DNA of 64,000 bases from an uncultured Gemmatimonadales bacterium (GCA_963816355.1 CAWFKH010000006.1:256001-320000), one strand, 5' to 3'. Shown: positions 9,999-22,545, numbered from the stretch's first letter. Made by a program: numbers and translations. The notes: generated by a model from the sequence alone, not told the origin.

Positions 9999-12500
9999 AT
10001 GGCGGCGAGCGAATGGTGGCTGGACGCGCGCGTCGGCGCACGCGCGTTGCGACGGACCCCCGCCTTCACGGCGGCCGCGGTACTGGTGCTCGCTCTCGGC
10101 ATCGGCGCCAACACCGCGATCTTCTCGGCCGTGAAGGCCGCGCTCCTCACGCCGCCGCCGTACCCGCACCCGGAGCGCCTCGTCCTGCTCGACCTCACGG
10201 AGGCGTCGACGGCGCCGCCGGGTGCGCCGCGCGCGATGCCGTGGTCGTATCCCAAGTTCCAGATCCTGGCCGCGACGAAGGATCTGCCGCTGCAGGCCGT
10301 CGCGGCGTACGCGGTGCGCTCGCTCACCCTCACCGGGCGGGGTGACCCGGCGTACGTCTCCGCCGAGGTCGTTACGCCCGACTACATGCGCCTGCTCGGC
10401 GTCGCTACGGTGGCGGGACGCAGCTTCATCGCCGGGGACGACGTCGCCGGCTCCGCCCCCGTCGCGATCCTCGGCTACGGCCTCTGGCGCGAGCGGTTCG
10501 GCGGCGATTCCTCGGTCGTGGGGCGGAGCGTCACGCTCGGCGGGCGCGCTGTCCAGGTCGCCGGTGTGGCTCCACCTGACTTCCGCGGCCTCAGTGGCCG
10601 CGCCGACCTCTTCATTCCGGTCCACACCGGCGCCGCCCTGATCGCGCCGCTGCTGGTCGACGCCGCGCGCGCGCACTGGCTGACGAGCGTCGGTCGCCTG
10701 GCGCCCGGCGCCTCCATGGCCGCGCTGGACGCGCGGATGCGTAGCGTGGGCAGCGCGGTCGAGGCGGCCTACCCGACCTCCGATCCGACCGTCGCTCGCT
10801 CCGGCGCCGCGCGTTCGCTCCTCTCCGCGCGCATCAACGACCAGGCCCGCCGCTCCCTCCTCATCCTCAGCGTCGCGGCGGCGCTTCTCCTGCTCGTCGC
10901 GTGCGCCAATCTGGCCGGCCTGCTCATGGCGCGCGCCGGCGGCCGGGCGAGGGAGGCGGCGGTGCGCGTCGCGATCGGCGCCGGGCGCTGGCGCGTGGCG
11001 CGCTCGTTCCTCGTCGAGTCGCTCCTCCTCGCGGGCGCCGGCGCGGCCGTCGCCGTGCTCGTCGCGCGCGTCGGCGCCCGCGCGCTCGCGGCGGCATGGC
11101 CCGCCCGCTTCCTCGACGGCACGTGGAACGTGCGCGCGCTCGATCTCTCTGCGGTTACGGTCGACGGCGACGTCGTCGCATTCACGGTTCTCGTGGCGCT
11201 CCTGGCCGGGCTCCTCTTCGGCCTCCTGCCGGCGCTGTCCGTGAGCCAGGTCGACCCCGCGCGGGAGCTTGGTGCTCGCTCGACCGGAGGGACGCGGACG
11301 CGCCGCGGATGGGGCGGATGGGACCTGCGCGGCGGCCTCGTGGCGGCGGAGATCGCGCTCGCCCTCGTCCTTCTCGTCGGCGCGGGCCTGCTAGTCCGCT
11401 CACTGCGCCAGCTCGACGCGGTCGACCGCGGCTTCCGGCAGGGGAACCTGCTCGCGTTCTCCTTCGAAATCCCCCGCGATGGCCGCGACTCGATCGATGT
11501 GGCCGCGTTCCACGAGCGCTTCATCGAGCGGCTCGAGGCGCTCCCCGACGTCCGCTCCGCCGCCGTATCCTGCACCGCGCCGCTCGGTGGCCACTGCATG
11601 ATCACGGAGGTGCGCCGCGCCGGCGATCGCCGCTGGAGCGAGGGCAGCCGCCCGCGGATCGGCGTCAATTACATCAGCGACGACTACTTTTCGACCCTCG
11701 GCGTCCCCGTGCGCGAAGGCCGCACCTTCACCGCCACGGACCGCGCCGGCTCCCGCCCGGTGGTCGTCCTCGGCGCGACGGCGGCGCGCGCGCTCTTCCC
11801 CGGCGGCCACGCCGTCGGCCGCGCCATCGCGATCGGCACCGACCTCACCGGCGAGCAGGGGAGCTCCGCGGACGTGATCGGCGTCGTCGGCGACGTGCTC
11901 TACGACCGCCCCGAGGAGGGCGTCATGGCCGACGCGTACATCAGCGAGCGCCAGGAGACCGGCTACGGCACGTTCGTCCTCCGCACCCGCGGTGAGCCGC
12001 TCGCCGTCGTCCCGGCCGTTCGCGCCGCGCTCGCGAGCCTCGATCCGGATCTGCCGATCCACGACGTCGCCACCATCTCCGACATCGCCGCCACCGCAAC
12101 CGCGGACACCCGCGTGCTCGGCGCGCTCCTCACCACCTTCGCCTTCCTCGCGCTGCTCCTCGCCTGCACCGGCGTATGGGCGGTGGTCGCGTTCGCCGTC
12201 TCGCGCCGCTCGTCCGAGCTCGGCCTGCGCATGGCGCTCGGCGCCGCGCCGCGCCAGGTCGTGCGCCTCGTCGTCCGTGGCGGCCTCACCCTCGCCGCCG
12301 CCGGCGTCGCGGTCGGCGTCGTCGGCGCGTGGGCCGCCGCGCGCGTGCTCCGCAGCCTGCTCTACGACGTCGCGGCGACCGACCCTCTCACCTACGCCGC
12401 CGCCGCCGCGCTGCTGCTCGGCGTCACCGCCCTCGCCGCGTGGCTGCCCGCGCGCCGCGCCACGCGCGTCGATCCGATCACGGCGCTGCGCGCCGAGTAG
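9999..12500 (+). CDS. ABC transporter permease (ADOP-like)
   Basis: [48 protein letters not shown]. Confidence 0.92.
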   Translation: MAASEWWLDARVGARALRRTPAFTAAAVLVLALGIGANTAIFSAVKAALLTPPPYPHPERLVLLDLTEASTAPPGAPRAMPWSYPKFQILAATKDLPLQAVAAYAVRSLTLTGRGDPAYVSAEVVTPDYMRLLGVATVAGRSFIAGDDVAGSAPVAILGYGLWRERFGGDSSVVGRSVTLGGRAVQVAGVAPPDFRGLSGRADLFIPVHTGAALIAPLLVDAARAHWLTSVGRLAPGASMAALDARMRSVGSAVEAAYPTSDPTVARSGAARSLLSARINDQARRSLLILSVAAALLLLVACANLAGLLMARAGGRAREAAVRVAIGAGRWRVARSFLVESLLLAGAGAAVAVLVARVGARALAAAWPARFLDGTWNVRALDLSAVTVDGDVVAFTVLVALLAGLLFGLLPALSVSQVDPARELGARSTGGTRTRRGWGGWDLRGGLVAAEIALALVLLVGAGLLVRSLRQLDAVDRGFRQGNLLAFSFEIPRDGRDSIDVAAFHERFIERLEALPDVRSAAVSCTAPLGGHCMITEVRRAGDRRWSEGSRPRIGVNYISDDYFSTLGVPVREGRTFTATDRAGSRPVVVLGATAARALFPGGHAVGRAIAIGTDLTGEQGSSADVIGVVGDVLYDRPEEGVMADAYISERQETGYGTFVLRTRGEPLAVVPAVRAALASLDPDLPIHDVATISDIAATATADTRVLGALLTTFAFLALLLACTGVWAVVAFAVSRRSSELGLRMALGAAPRQVVRLVVRGGLTLAAAGVAVGVVGAWAAARVLRSLLYDVAATDPLTYAAAAALLLGVTALAAWLPARRATRVDPITALRAE

Positions 12501-12571
12501 GCGATCCGCGCGCGCGTCAACTCCGCCGTGCGCGTGGCGTCACACCTCCGCGACGACGGCGATTGCCGCTT

Positions 12572-12955
12572 CTACGGCTTCAGCTCGGCCACGACGTCGG
12601 CCGGCCAGGCGCGGGCGACCGCCAGATCGTACGCCGTCTTCCCGGCGAAGCCCGGCGCGCCGCTGCCGCGGAGCGATCGATCGGCGCCGGCGCGCGCCAG
12701 CATCCGGGCGACCTCCCCGTGGCCGCCGACGACGGCGAGCATGAGCGCGCTCAGGCCGTACTTGGCCGTGACGTCCGTGCCGGCGCCGCGGTCCAGGAGC
12801 GCGGCGACGATCGCCGCGTCACCGCGGTGGCTCGCGACCATCAGTGCCGACTGGCCGTGGCGGTCGCGGGAGTCGACGTCCACGCCGGCGTCGAGCCGGG
12901 CGCGGACGCCCTCCACGTCGCCGCTGCGCAGGGCGGTTTCGAATGCAGCGTCCAC
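12572..12955 (-). CDS. Ankyrin repeat protein
   Basis: GQSALMVASHRGD, GLSALMLAVVGGH, GKTAYDLA; GTG start with GAGGAG RBS. Confidence 0.85.
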   Translation of the reverse strand: MDAAFETALRSGDVEGVRARLDAGVDVDSRDRHGQSALMVASHRGDAAIVAALLDRGAGTDVTAKYGLSALMLAVVGGHGEVARMLARAGADRSLRGSGAPGFAGKTAYDLAVARAWPADVVAELKP

Positions 12956-13295
12956 AACCCCTCCTCGGTTCGTCGCGGCCGCGGCCCAACGCCGGGTTCT
13001 CAAGCCCCTACCTCTGGTGGGGAGCCGTTGACTATCTTGCGCTATCGTCCACCCGGCACGGGCCCATGGACCTGCTTCCCGACATGCCGGACCTCCTCGT
13101 CCTGCGAGTCCTCCAGGACCGTGCCCTTCATCATACGCCATCGGCCGCCGCGCCGAGAGGTCGTAGGCGCAGGCGGGGGCGCGCTGCCGGACGCGCCGCG
13201 CTCCACTCGGTCGGGCCGGTGGTCGCCATCCTCGTCACATCCGCCTGCGCGAGCGTGCCCCAACGTCCGCCCGACGCCGCGATCTCGACGCAGCG

Positions 13296-14024
13296 ATGGG
13301 CCGGTTCGGGGTACACGACCGCGGTGGGGGGCAGGCTCGCCCGTGTCGACGGGCAGGGCATCGACACCGTTCTTGCCCTGCTCACCCCCCTGGTGTCACA
13401 CGAGAACGAGTGGGGCCTTCGGACCGAGTTGCCGGGCCTCCTGCGGCTGCCGGAATTGCTCCACGCCGTGGGGATCGCAAGAGACTCGACGAGCGTGACC
13501 TTTGGCCTCGTGATGCCCGACGGCCGTGACCTGGACGTCGCCGTGGCGCTGGAAGACCCCCGGCCGTCCGCGGCGGAGCCGATCGACCTGCCGCTCTACC
13601 GGAGGAACCCCAGCCTCAACTACTGGATGGCCTACCTTCACGCGACCAGGTCCTCTACGTTGCCTACAACCTCTGTTACGACCGCGAAGACCTGCCCTTC
13701 GACCGCTTCGCCGACCAGGTTCTCGACACGATCCGCATCCGGCGTCCGAAGCGCGTGGTCTTCGATCTGAGGCGCAACGTGGGTGGGGCCTCGCGTCCGA
13801 CCGGCGGCAAGCCCAACGCGCCGGGCGAGGTGGGCATCCTCGTCCTGCCCAACTCACGGCTGTCGGTGACGTACTCGAAGAGGATGTGGCGTCTCATCCA
13901 CGGTGCCGATCCCCCTGCCGTGGAGCCCGATGTCGCGGTCGCCGTGTCCTCCAGCGACTTCCTGGCCGGACGCGATCCCGTGTTGGAGGCCGCCTTGACG
14001 TATTCGCCCTCCGCCCGCGAATAG
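13296..14024 (+). pseudogene. S41-family peptidase remnant, frameshifted with an internal deletion
   Basis: Fragments LTPLVSHENE, LYVAYN, VVFDLRRNVGG, PTGGKPN, VEPDV and GRDPVLEAAL across two frames. The segment normally between DLRxNxGG and PTGG, which holds the catalytic Ser, is missing. Confidence 0.6.
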
Positions 14025-14091
14025 GCGGAGTCGCTCGTCAAACTCCCGTGCATCGCCGGGGCGAGGTGCCGGAAGGGGCACACTGACCCGG

Positions 14092-14173
14092 CGCCGCGGC
14101 CGGCTGCCGCAGCCAGCGCCGTGGCCAGCCGCCGCAGCCAGCGCCGCGGCCAGCTGCCGCAGCCGCGCCGTGG
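14092..14173. repeat. Imperfect ~24-bp intergenic tandem repeat, ~3 copies
   Basis: gcgccg(c/t)ggcc(a/g)gc(t/c)gccgcagcc(a) repeated. Confidence 0.7.
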
Positions 14174-14385
14174 TCTCCCGCCTTGCTCGTGCCGCAGCCG
14201 CGTCGCGCGTGCGTCGAATTGGCAGGATCCTGTCCGCGGATCGTGCCTGGCCGGTGCCATTTTGGCGCTCGAAACCGCTCCCGGAATGGCACTGGCCATG
14301 CACTTCGGGACGGACGCGGTCCGACTGGGGACGGGCCGCGCCGGAGATCAACCTCACAGTGAGACTGCCGCATCAGGAGGAACCC

Positions 14386-14862
14386 ATGGCCATCACTCCC
14401 TACACGCCGACGACGGACCTCTTCCGCTCCCTCTTCGACGACCTTCCCGGCTTCGGCGCGCGCTCGAGCGGCCGCCTGGCGGGAATCGACCTGCTGCGCG
14501 CGCCGAACGCGGACGTCGTGGAAAACGACGACGCGATCCGCGTCATGCTGGAGCTGCCGGGGCTGCGTCCCGACGACATCGAGGTGAACCTCGAACAGAA
14601 CGTGCTGACGATCAGCGGTGAGAAGCGGGAAGTCCGCGACGAAGGCGAGGAGGACCGCTGGCATCTCTCCGAGCGCCGCTACGGCCGCTTCAGCCGCTCC
14701 TTCGTCCTGCCGAAGGAGGTGGAGCCGGAGCGCATCGAGGCGAACTTCGAGAACGGCGTCCTGGACGTGACGATTCCGAAGAGCGAGAAGGTCAAGCCGC
14801 GCCGCATCGAGGTCCGTGCCGGCGACGGCGGCCATCGCGTCGAGACCGGCGCGTCGCGCTGA
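14386..14862 (+). CDS. Hsp20/alpha-crystallin small heat shock protein
   Basis: ELPGLRPDDIEV, SERRYGRFSRSFVLP, ANFENGVLDVTIPK; AGGAGG RBS. Confidence 0.95.
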   Translation: MAITPYTPTTDLFRSLFDDLPGFGARSSGRLAGIDLLRAPNADVVENDDAIRVMLELPGLRPDDIEVNLEQNVLTISGEKREVRDEGEEDRWHLSERRYGRFSRSFVLPKEVEPERIEANFENGVLDVTIPKSEKVKPRRIEVRAGDGGHRVETGASR

Positions 14863-14983
14863 AGGGGCGCCGCGGCGCGCGGCGGTACGGAAGAGGGGCC
14901 GGGGGCGATCCGCCTCCGGCCCTTCCTTGCCAGGTGTTGCCGGGGTCGATCGAGCCCGCTATGGGCGAGCGGACGGAAGCTAG

Positions 14984-17671
14984 TCACTCGCTCGCCACCG
15001 GCAGCGTGAACGCGGCGGTCAGCCCCGCCCCCGGGCCGGGATCGATCCAGAACTCACCGCCGAGGCCGCGGGCCGCGCTGCGGGCTTCCGCGAGGTCGAG
15101 CGGGCTCGTACCGGCGGTCTCGGTCGACGCGGCGAGGCCCTCGGCGGTTACGGGCGGACCGTCGTCGGCGATGGTGAACTGCACCCAGGGGCCCACGCGA
15201 TCGGCCGCGACCACGACCCGGCCCGTGCGGCCGGCCCGCCGCAGCGCCCGCCGCAGGAGCGTGGACAGCAACCCGGAGGCGCGTTCCGCGTCGCAAAGCA
15301 CCTGCGGCAGTCCCGGCTCGATCTCCACGTCGACGGCGGGTCCGGCGGGCTCACTCGCCGCCGTGCAGTGGCGGCGGGCGTGCCGGATCAGTGCGGCGGG
15401 GGAGATGGGGCGGGCCGTGGGTGACACGTGTCCGGCTCCGGCGCGCGCGGCGCTGGCGAGCCGGTCCACGACGGCGCGGATCTCGCCGGCCGCACCGGCC
15501 GCCGAACCACCCCCTCCGAGCGGCTCGGCGCTCGCCGCCGGCCGTGCGCGATCCAGCTCACGTTCCAGACGTTCGAGCGGCGCCCGCAGCTCCTCCGCCG
15601 CCGTGTAGAAGACTTCGGCGCGGGCGCGGCTGGTCTCCAGCAGCTCCGCCGCCCGACGCGTCTCCTCCACCAGCCTCGCGCGGTCCACGGCCGTGGCGAT
15701 CTGTTCGGCGAACGCCTCGAGCACGTGCATGTGCTCGGGATCGCGAACGCCGCGCCCGGCGCGGATTCCCAGCACGCCCAGCCGCTGGCCGGACGCGCTG
15801 AGCGGCACGTAGAGATGCTCGGCCTCGGGCAGCGTCTCCGTGCCGCGGCCGGCCGCCTGCCCGTGGTCGAAGACCCAGCGCACCACCGCGTCCTCTCGCG
15901 TGCGCAGCGCGCGCGTCGCCCGTGCGGACGGCTCGAGGGACGCGCCCGCGGCGGGGTGAGGCCCCCCTCCCGGGTCGCCCGTGGCGACGGATCGCAGCTC
16001 GCCCAGCGCGTTGGGCGCCAGGATCACCACGTCGGCGTCGAAGGTCGATGCGACGTGTCGCGCGCCGACACGGAGCGACTCGCGCGGATCGCTGGTCCGC
16101 ACCAGCTCGGCGCTGAGCTGGAGAAGCGCGGCCGTGCGGCGCTCGCGTCGCCGCGAAACTGCCGCCTGCCCGCGCAGCCGGTCCGTCAGCGTCGTGATGA
16201 CCAGCGCCACCAGCAGCATCACGGCGAAGACGATGAAGTACTGGGTGTCCGCGACGGCGAACGTGTAGAACGGGGGAACGAACACGACGTCGAACGTGGC
16301 GACGGCACCCACCGCCGCCACGACGGACGGGCCGCGCCCGAGGCGGCTCGCGACGAACACGACCGTCACGAGGTACAGCATCAGCACGATCGACGGCGCG
16401 ACGTGCGGCCGCAGGGGGAAGGCGAGGGCCGTGCACAGCGCAATGGCCGCTGCGGCCGCCGCATAGGCCCGGGGCGCCGCCCGCCCGGAATCCCGATTGG
16501 CGCGGCGCGGCGCCGTGCCGGTCTCCTCCCCGGGCGCCGTGATCACGTAGACGTCGACGTCGCCGCTGCCCCGCACGACGTCCTCCAGCTTCGACCCCAG
16601 CAGCCGGTCGCGCCACGCCGCGTGCGTCGGCTTGCCCACCACGATCTTCGTTGCGTTGTCCCGCCGCGCGTACTCCAGCAGCTCGTCCACGCCGCGGCCG
16701 CCCACGGTCACGGCCGTTCCGCCCAGCTTCTCGGCGAGCCGCAGCGTCTCCCACACGCGGTCGCGGTCCGGCTCGGACCAGCCGGCGTACTCGGGGGTCT
16801 CCACGAAGACGGCGCTCCACTCCGCGCCGAGGCCGTCCGCCAGCCGCTTCGTCGCCCGCACCAGACGCTGGGACGACGGCGCCGGGCCGACGCCGACGAC
16901 GATCCGCTCGCGCACCGGCCACGTCCGGCCCACGCCGAAGGCCCGCCGGTACACGCGCAGGTCCGCGTCCACCCGCTCCGCGGTCTGTCGCAGCGCGATC
17001 TGCCGCAGCGCGATGACGTTGCCTCGCCGGAAGAAGTGGTCCGCCGCGCGGCGGGCCTGTTCCGGAACGTAGACCTTTCCCTCGCGCAGCCGCTTGAGCA
17101 GGACCTCCGGTGAGATGTCGACGAGCGCGATCTCGTCCGCACGTTCGAGCAGCGCGTCGGGCACCGTCTCGCGCACCTTCACGTGCGTGATGCGCGCGAC
17201 GACGTCGTTCAGACTCTCGACGTGCTGCACGTTCAGCGTCGTGTAGACGTCGATCCCGGCGCCGAGCAGCTCCTCGGCGTCCTGCCAACGCTTTGCGTGA
17301 CGACTTCCGGGCGCGTTCGTATGCGCCAACTCGTCCAGCAGCAGGATGGGCGGCCTGCGCTCCAGCGCCGCGTCCAGGTCGAACTCCTCGAGCGTGACGC
17401 CCCCGTGCCCGATCGTGCGTCGCGGCAGCACCTCGAGCCCCGCCAGCAGCGCCTCGGTCTCCGAGCGGCCGTGCGTCTCCACGACGCCGACCAAGACGTC
17501 CAGCCCCTCGCGCTGCCGCTCGCGCGCCGCCTCCAGCATCGCGTACGTCTTGCCCACCCCCGGGACGGCACCGAAGAACACCGTGAGTCGGCCTCGATGC
17601 CGCTCCGGCTCGAGGGCCTCCAGGTGCGCGAGCAACGCGTCGGGATCGGGACGCCGATCCTCCGTGGGCAT
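14984..17671 (-). CDS. kdpD: KdpD sensor with degenerate kinase module
   Basis: GAVPGVGKTYAML, DELAHTN, Usp domain, 4 TM helices, GAF domain. The H-box reads AAEELRAPL (no His). Confidence 0.9.
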   Translation of the reverse strand: MPTEDRRPDPDALLAHLEALEPERHRGRLTVFFGAVPGVGKTYAMLEAARERQREGLDVLVGVVETHGRSETEALLAGLEVLPRRTIGHGGVTLEEFDLDAALERRPPILLLDELAHTNAPGSRHAKRWQDAEELLGAGIDVYTTLNVQHVESLNDVVARITHVKVRETVPDALLERADEIALVDISPEVLLKRLREGKVYVPEQARRAADHFFRRGNVIALRQIALRQTAERVDADLRVYRRAFGVGRTWPVRERIVVGVGPAPSSQRLVRATKRLADGLGAEWSAVFVETPEYAGWSEPDRDRVWETLRLAEKLGGTAVTVGGRGVDELLEYARRDNATKIVVGKPTHAAWRDRLLGSKLEDVVRGSGDVDVYVITAPGEETGTAPRRANRDSGRAAPRAYAAAAAAIALCTALAFPLRPHVAPSIVLMLYLVTVVFVASRLGRGPSVVAAVGAVATFDVVFVPPFYTFAVADTQYFIVFAVMLLVALVITTLTDRLRGQAAVSRRRERRTAALLQLSAELVRTSDPRESLRVGARHVASTFDADVVILAPNALGELRSVATGDPGGGPHPAAGASLEPSARATRALRTREDAVVRWVFDHGQAAGRGTETLPEAEHLYVPLSASGQRLGVLGIRAGRGVRDPEHMHVLEAFAEQIATAVDRARLVEETRRAAELLETSRARAEVFYTAAEELRAPLERLERELDRARPAASAEPLGGGGSAAGAAGEIRAVVDRLASAARAGAGHVSPTARPISPAALIRHARRHCTAASEPAGPAVDVEIEPGLPQVLCDAERASGLLSTLLRRALRRAGRTGRVVVAADRVGPWVQFTIADDGPPVTAEGLAASTETAGTSPLDLAEARSAARGLGGEFWIDPGPGAGLTAAFTLPVASE

Positions 17672-18282
17672 CAGCGCTGGGCGCTGGAGGTCGACAGAGA
17701 ATCGAGGGCGAGATTGAGCCCCAGGACGTTCACGCGCGCCTCGCCGAAGATGCCGAGCCACCGGCCCTCGACGTGCCTCCGCACGAGGCTCCGCACGACC
17801 GTCTCATCCAGCCCCCGCTCCCGCGCTACGCGGCCCACCTGCCAGAGCGCGCCCGCCGGCGAGACGTGCGGGTCCAGCCCGCTGGCGGAGGCGGTCACCA
17901 GGTCCACGGGGATCGGCGCCTCGTTGCCCGGATCCGCGGCGCGAAGCGCCGCCACCCGCGCCTTCACCGCGTCCAGCAGCGCCGGGTTCGTGGGTGCCAG
18001 GTTGGAGCCGGCCGACGCCGCGGCGTCGTACGGCACCGGCGAGGTCGCGGAGGGTCGGCTCCAGAAGTAGTCCGGTCTCGTGAAGCGCTGGCCGATCAGC
18101 GCCGAGCCGACGGCCATGCCGTCGCGCTCGAGCAGGCTCCCGTTGGCCCGGTGCGGGAAGATCGCCTGCGCGATTCCCGTGACGAGCAGCGGATAGACGA
18201 CGCCGGTCAGGAGCACGAAGGCCAGCAGGCTGAGGAGCGCCGCGCGCGCGAGCTCGGGGAGGGGATTGCGCGACTTCGTCAT
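17671..18282 (-). CDS. kdpC: K+-transporting ATPase subunit C
   Basis: [39 protein letters not shown]. Confidence 0.97.
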   Translation of the reverse strand: MTKSRNPLPELARAALLSLLAFVLLTGVVYPLLVTGIAQAIFPHRANGSLLERDGMAVGSALIGQRFTRPDYFWSRPSATSPVPYDAAASAGSNLAPTNPALLDAVKARVAALRAADPGNEAPIPVDLVTASASGLDPHVSPAGALWQVGRVARERGLDETVVRSLVRRHVEGRWLGIFGEARVNVLGLNLALDSLSTSSAQR

Positions 18283-18283
18283 C

Positions 18284-20434
18284 TCACGCCCATCCGAGCG
18301 CCGCGAGGAGCATGTCGATCAGCTTGATTCCGACGAACGGCGTGGCCAGCCCGCCGAGCCCGTAGATCAGCAGGTGGTCGCGCAGCAGCCGCGCGGCCGG
18401 ATGCGCGCGGTAGCGCACACCCTTCAGCGCCAGCGGGATCAGGAACACGATGACCAGCGCGTTGAAGATCACGGCGGAGAGGATGGCGCTCGACGGGCTA
18501 CTCAGTCCCATGACGTTGAGCGCGCCCAGACGCGGGTAGATGCCCACGAACGCCGCGGGGATGATGGCGAAGTACTTCGCCAGGTCGTTGGCGATGCTGA
18601 ACGTCGTGAGCGCGCCGCGGGTCATGAGGAGCTGCTTCCCGATCTCGACGATCTCGATGAGCTTCGTCGGGTTCGAGTCCAGGTCCACCATGTTGCTCGC
18701 TTCCTTCGCCGCCTGGGTCCCCGAGTTCATGGCCACGGCGACGTCGGCCTGGGCGAGGGCCGGCGCGTCGTTGGTCCCATCCCCGGTCATGGCCACGAGC
18801 TGCCCCCCGGTCTGATAGCTGCGGATGAGGTCCAGCTTCGCCTCGGGCGTGGCCTCGGCGAGGAAGTCGTCCACGCCGGCCTCGGCCGCGATGGCGGCGG
18901 CGGTCAGAGGGTTGTCCCCCGTGATCATCACGGTCTTGATGCCCATGCCGCGCAGCTCCGCGAAGCGCTCGTGGATACCGCCTTTCACGATGTCTTTCAG
19001 GTGGATCACGCCGAGCACGCGGATCCCCTCGGCCACCACCAGCGGAGTGCCGCCACCCTTGGCCACCTCCTCGACGCGCTCTCGTACGGCACGTGGAAAG
19101 CGGCCGCCCTGCTCCTCGACGTAGCGCTCGATGGCGTCCGTCGCGCCCTTGCGGATGCTGCGCCCGTCCACGTCCACGCCGCTCATTCGTGTCTCGGCGC
19201 TGAACGGGACGAACTGGGCATGCATCTGCTCCATGTCCCGGCCGCGGATGCCGTGTTCGCGCTTCGCCAGCACCACGACGCTTCGGCCCTCCGGCGTCTC
19301 GTCGGCCAGCGACGCGAGCTGGGCCGCGTCCGCCAGCGCAGACGGCTCGACCCCCGGCGCCGGCAGAAACTCCGATGCCTGCCGGTTGCCCAGCGTGATG
19401 GTCCCCGTCTTGTCCAGCAGCAGCACGTCCACGTCGCCGGCCGCCTCCACCGCACGGCCGGACGTGGCGATCACGTTCGCCTGGATCATCCGGTCCATGC
19501 CGGCAATGCCGATGGCGGAGAGGAGTCCGCCGATGGTCGTGGGGATCAGACAGACCAGCAGCGCCACCACGACGCTGAGCGAGATCGGCGCGCCGCGGCC
19601 CGCCGCCGCGGCGCTGTAGATCGAGAACGGGACCAGCGTCACGCACGCGAGCAGGAACACGATGGTGAGCGCCGCGAGCAGGATGTCCAGTGCGATCTCG
19701 TTGGGCGTCTTCTGCCGCGACGCGCCCTCGACCAGCCCGATCATCCGGTCCAGGAAGGACTCGCCGGCGTCTACGCTCACTCGGATCACCAGCCAGTCTG
19801 AGAGCACGTGCGTGCCGCCCGTGACCGAGCTGCGGTCGCCGCCCGCCTCCCGGATGACCGGCGCGCTCTCGCCCGTGATCGCGCTCTCGTCCACCGACGC
19901 GACGCCCTCGATCACCTCGCCGTCGGCGGCAATGGTGTCGCCGGCCGTGGCCAGGATCACATCGCCCTTGCGCAGGTCCGTCGCGTTCGTGGCGTCGAAC
20001 TCCAGGTGGTCCGACGGGTCGCGCAGCTTCTTCGCCACCGTGGTCGTGCGCGCGCGTCGCAACGCTTCCGCCTGCGCCTTGCCGCGGCCTTCCGCCATCG
20101 CCTCCGCGAAGTTCGCGAAGAGCAGCGTGAACCAAAGCCAGAGCGCGACGGCCAGAACGAAGCCCGGCCGCTCTCCGCCGTGGCTCACCAGAGATGCAAG
20201 CCACAGCGTGGTCGTCGCCACGCTTCCCACCCACACCACGAACAGGACCGGGTTTCGCACTTCGTGGCGCGGGTGGAGCTTGCGGAACGCCTCAACGAGG
20301 GCCCGGCCGACGATCGACGGATCGAAGAGACCCCTCCGTTCCGCGCGCTCCGCGCTTCCCGCCGCCTTCTTCTCCGCGATGTCGATGACGTCGCGCCCGC
20401 GCCGCGGGGCCGTCGAGATTCGGGGCGAGCTCAT
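18284..20434 (-). CDS. kdpB: K+-transporting ATPase subunit B (start uncertain)
   Basis: [33 protein letters not shown]. Confidence 0.97.
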   Translation of the reverse strand: MSSPRISTAPRRGRDVIDIAEKKAAGSAERAERRGLFDPSIVGRALVEAFRKLHPRHEVRNPVLFVVWVGSVATTTLWLASLVSHGGERPGFVLAVALWLWFTLLFANFAEAMAEGRGKAQAEALRRARTTTVAKKLRDPSDHLEFDATNATDLRKGDVILATAGDTIAADGEVIEGVASVDESAITGESAPVIREAGGDRSSVTGGTHVLSDWLVIRVSVDAGESFLDRMIGLVEGASRQKTPNEIALDILLAALTIVFLLACVTLVPFSIYSAAAAGRGAPISLSVVVALLVCLIPTTIGGLLSAIGIAGMDRMIQANVIATSGRAVEAAGDVDVLLLDKTGTITLGNRQASEFLPAPGVEPSALADAAQLASLADETPEGRSVVVLAKREHGIRGRDMEQMHAQFVPFSAETRMSGVDVDGRSIRKGATDAIERYVEEQGGRFPRAVRERVEEVAKGGGTPLVVAEGIRVLGVIHLKDIVKGGIHERFAELRGMGIKTVMITGDNPLTAAAIAAEAGVDDFLAEATPEAKLDLIRSYQTGGQLVAMTGDGTNDAPALAQADVAVAMNSGTQAAKEASNMVDLDSNPTKLIEIVEIGKQLLMTRGALTTFSIANDLAKYFAIIPAAFVGIYPRLGALNVMGLSSPSSAILSAVIFNALVIVFLIPLALKGVRYRAHPAARLLRDHLLIYGLGGLATPFVGIKLIDMLLAALGWA

Positions 20435-22167
20435 GGGTGCAGCAGGAAGTGCTCGGCCACCGGCCCCAACGCGAGCGCCGGGATGAACGTGAGCGCGCCC
20501 ACGATCGCCACCACGCCCATGAGCATGGCGACGAACAGCGGCGTGTGCGTGGGCAGCGTGCCCGCGCCGGCCGGTACCTTCTTCTTGGCCGCCAGCGATC
20601 CGGCGATGGCGAGCGCGGGCAGCAGCACCCAATAGCGCGCGAACAGCATGGTCAGGCCGCCCAACGTGTCGATGAGCGGCGCGCCCGCGCCGTAACCGGC
20701 GAACGCGCTGCCGTTGTTGTTGCCCATGGACGAGAACGCGTACAGCGCCTCGGAGAAGCCATGCGGCCCCGGGTTGTGCATGGCCGCGACCCCCGCCGGT
20801 GTCACCACGGCGATCGCCGTGCTCGACAGCACCACCGCGGGCGGGACTAGGATCGCCAGCGCCGCCATCTTCATGTCGAACGGATCGATCTTCTTGCCCA
20901 GGTACTCCGGTGTCCGGCCGACCATCAGGCCTGCCACGAACACGGCGACGATGGCGAAGATCAGCATCCCGTACAGCCCGGATCCCACCCCGCCGTAGAC
21001 GACCTCGCCCAGCTGGATCAGCGCCATCGGGACGAGGCCGCCCAGCGGCGTGTACGAGTCGTGCATCGAGTTCACCGACCCGTTCGAGGCCGCCGTCGTC
21101 GCGGCCGCCCACGTGGCGGACGCAGCGACGCCGAAGCGCACCTCCTTCCCCTCCATGTTCCCGCCGGGCTGCGTCGCGCTCGCGTGCTGCGCGACGTCCA
21201 GGCCTTCCAGCCGGGGATTGCCGCGGCCTTCCGCCGCCGCAGTGCCGACGAGCAGCGGGACGAACAGCACGGTCATCGCCGCGAGCACCGCCCAGCCCTG
21301 ACGCCGGTCGCCCACCATCACGCCGAAGGTGTACGTGAGCGCCGCCGGGATGAGCAGGATCGCCAGCAGCTCGAGGAAATTCGAGAGCGGCGTCGGGTTC
21401 TCGAACGGGTGCGCCGAGTTGGCGTTGAAGAAGCCGCCGCCGTTCGTCCCGAGCTGCTTGATGGCCACCTGCGACGACGCCGGGCCGAGCGCGATTCGCT
21501 GTACGCCGGCCGCCGCATCCGGCGCCGGGTCAAGGGCGCGCGTGGTGGCGTACGGCCGCAGCGTCTGGACCACCCCCTGCGACGTTTGCACGACCGCCAG
21601 GATCAGCGCCAGCGGCAGCAGGATGTAGAGCACTCCGCGGGTCAGGTCGACCCAGAAGTTGCCGATCGTCGCGGCCTGCTTCCGCGCCAGCCCGCGCACC
21701 AGCGCCACCAGCACGGCCATTCCCGTCGCGGCGGAGACGAAGTTCTGGACGGTGAGTCCCGCCATCTGCGTCAGGTAGCTCAGCGTGCTCTCGCCGCCGT
21801 AGCTCTGCCAGTTCGTATTGCTCGTGAAGCTGACCGCCACGTTCCACGCGGTGTGCGGCGGGACGTCCGGCACGTGTTCGGGGTTCAGCGGCAGGTGACC
21901 CTGCACGCGCAGCAGCGCGTAAAGGAAGAACAGACCGCAGGCGTTGAAGAGCAGCAATGCCGCGGCGTAGCTGCCCCACTCCATCTCCCGCTCCGGGTCC
22001 ACGCCGCACAGCCGGTAGATGAGCCGCTCCAGCGGCCCCAGCGCGCGCTCGAGCCCGAAGACGGGGCCGCCCTGATAGACCCGCGCCATGTAAGCGCCGA
22101 GCGGCTTCACCAGGACCAGTACGGCGAGGACGTACAGCGCGATCTGCGCCCAACCGTTTCCGGTCAC
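20431..22167 (-). CDS. kdpA: K+-transporting ATPase subunit A
   Basis: [44 protein letters not shown]. Confidence 0.97.
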   Translation of the reverse strand: MTGNGWAQIALYVLAVLVLVKPLGAYMARVYQGGPVFGLERALGPLERLIYRLCGVDPEREMEWGSYAAALLLFNACGLFFLYALLRVQGHLPLNPEHVPDVPPHTAWNVAVSFTSNTNWQSYGGESTLSYLTQMAGLTVQNFVSAATGMAVLVALVRGLARKQAATIGNFWVDLTRGVLYILLPLALILAVVQTSQGVVQTLRPYATTRALDPAPDAAAGVQRIALGPASSQVAIKQLGTNGGGFFNANSAHPFENPTPLSNFLELLAILLIPAALTYTFGVMVGDRRQGWAVLAAMTVLFVPLLVGTAAAEGRGNPRLEGLDVAQHASATQPGGNMEGKEVRFGVAASATWAAATTAASNGSVNSMHDSYTPLGGLVPMALIQLGEVVYGGVGSGLYGMLIFAIVAVFVAGLMVGRTPEYLGKKIDPFDMKMAALAILVPPAVVLSSTAIAVVTPAGVAAMHNPGPHGFSEALYAFSSMGNNNGSAFAGYGAGAPLIDTLGGLTMLFARYWVLLPALAIAGSLAAKKKVPAGAGTLPTHTPLFVAMLMGVVAIVGALTFIPALALGPVAEHFLLHP

Positions 22168-22256
22168 GAAAAGCGCTCCGGAGCAAGCAGCGCGACCGTC
22201 AGGTAGAGCAGGAGCAGGAGCGCCAGGCCACCGCCGATCCAGTACGCCGCGGTCAC
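22164..22256 (-). CDS. kdpF: K+-transporting ATPase subunit F
   Basis: [30 protein letters not shown] (YL...L.PE.F signature); GTGA overlap with kdpA. Confidence 0.9.
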   Translation of the reverse strand: MTAAYWIGGGLALLLLLYLTVALLAPERFS

Positions 22257-22348
22257 GGGCGCCCCTGCAGGCTCCGCGCGATCCGCAGAAGGCCCCACGA
22301 GACCGCGAAGAACGCGGCCGCGAGGGCAGTGAAGGCAAGATCCGCCAT
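22253..22348 (-). CDS. 31-aa hydrophobic peptide upstream of kdpF
   Basis: MADLAFTALAAAFFAVSWGLLRIARSLQGRP; GGAGG RBS; GTGA overlap with the kdpF start. Confidence 0.7.
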   Translation of the reverse strand: MADLAFTALAAAFFAVSWGLLRIARSLQGRP

Positions 22349-22545
22349 CCGAATTGCCTCCGAATTGATTGAACCCACTCCGGTCGACCGGCGAGGCCGC
22401 TCGCTCGGTTGCGGCTTCAATCTGCCACTCGGCGCCTCAAGATCGCGTGAGGATCGAGCCCGGAGCTACAAGGATGTCGTGAAGAATTCCGAAAGGGTCA
22501 GAACCGGCGCGCCGGGGCGAGGTTCGACGGCGCGGCGGCGGCGGT

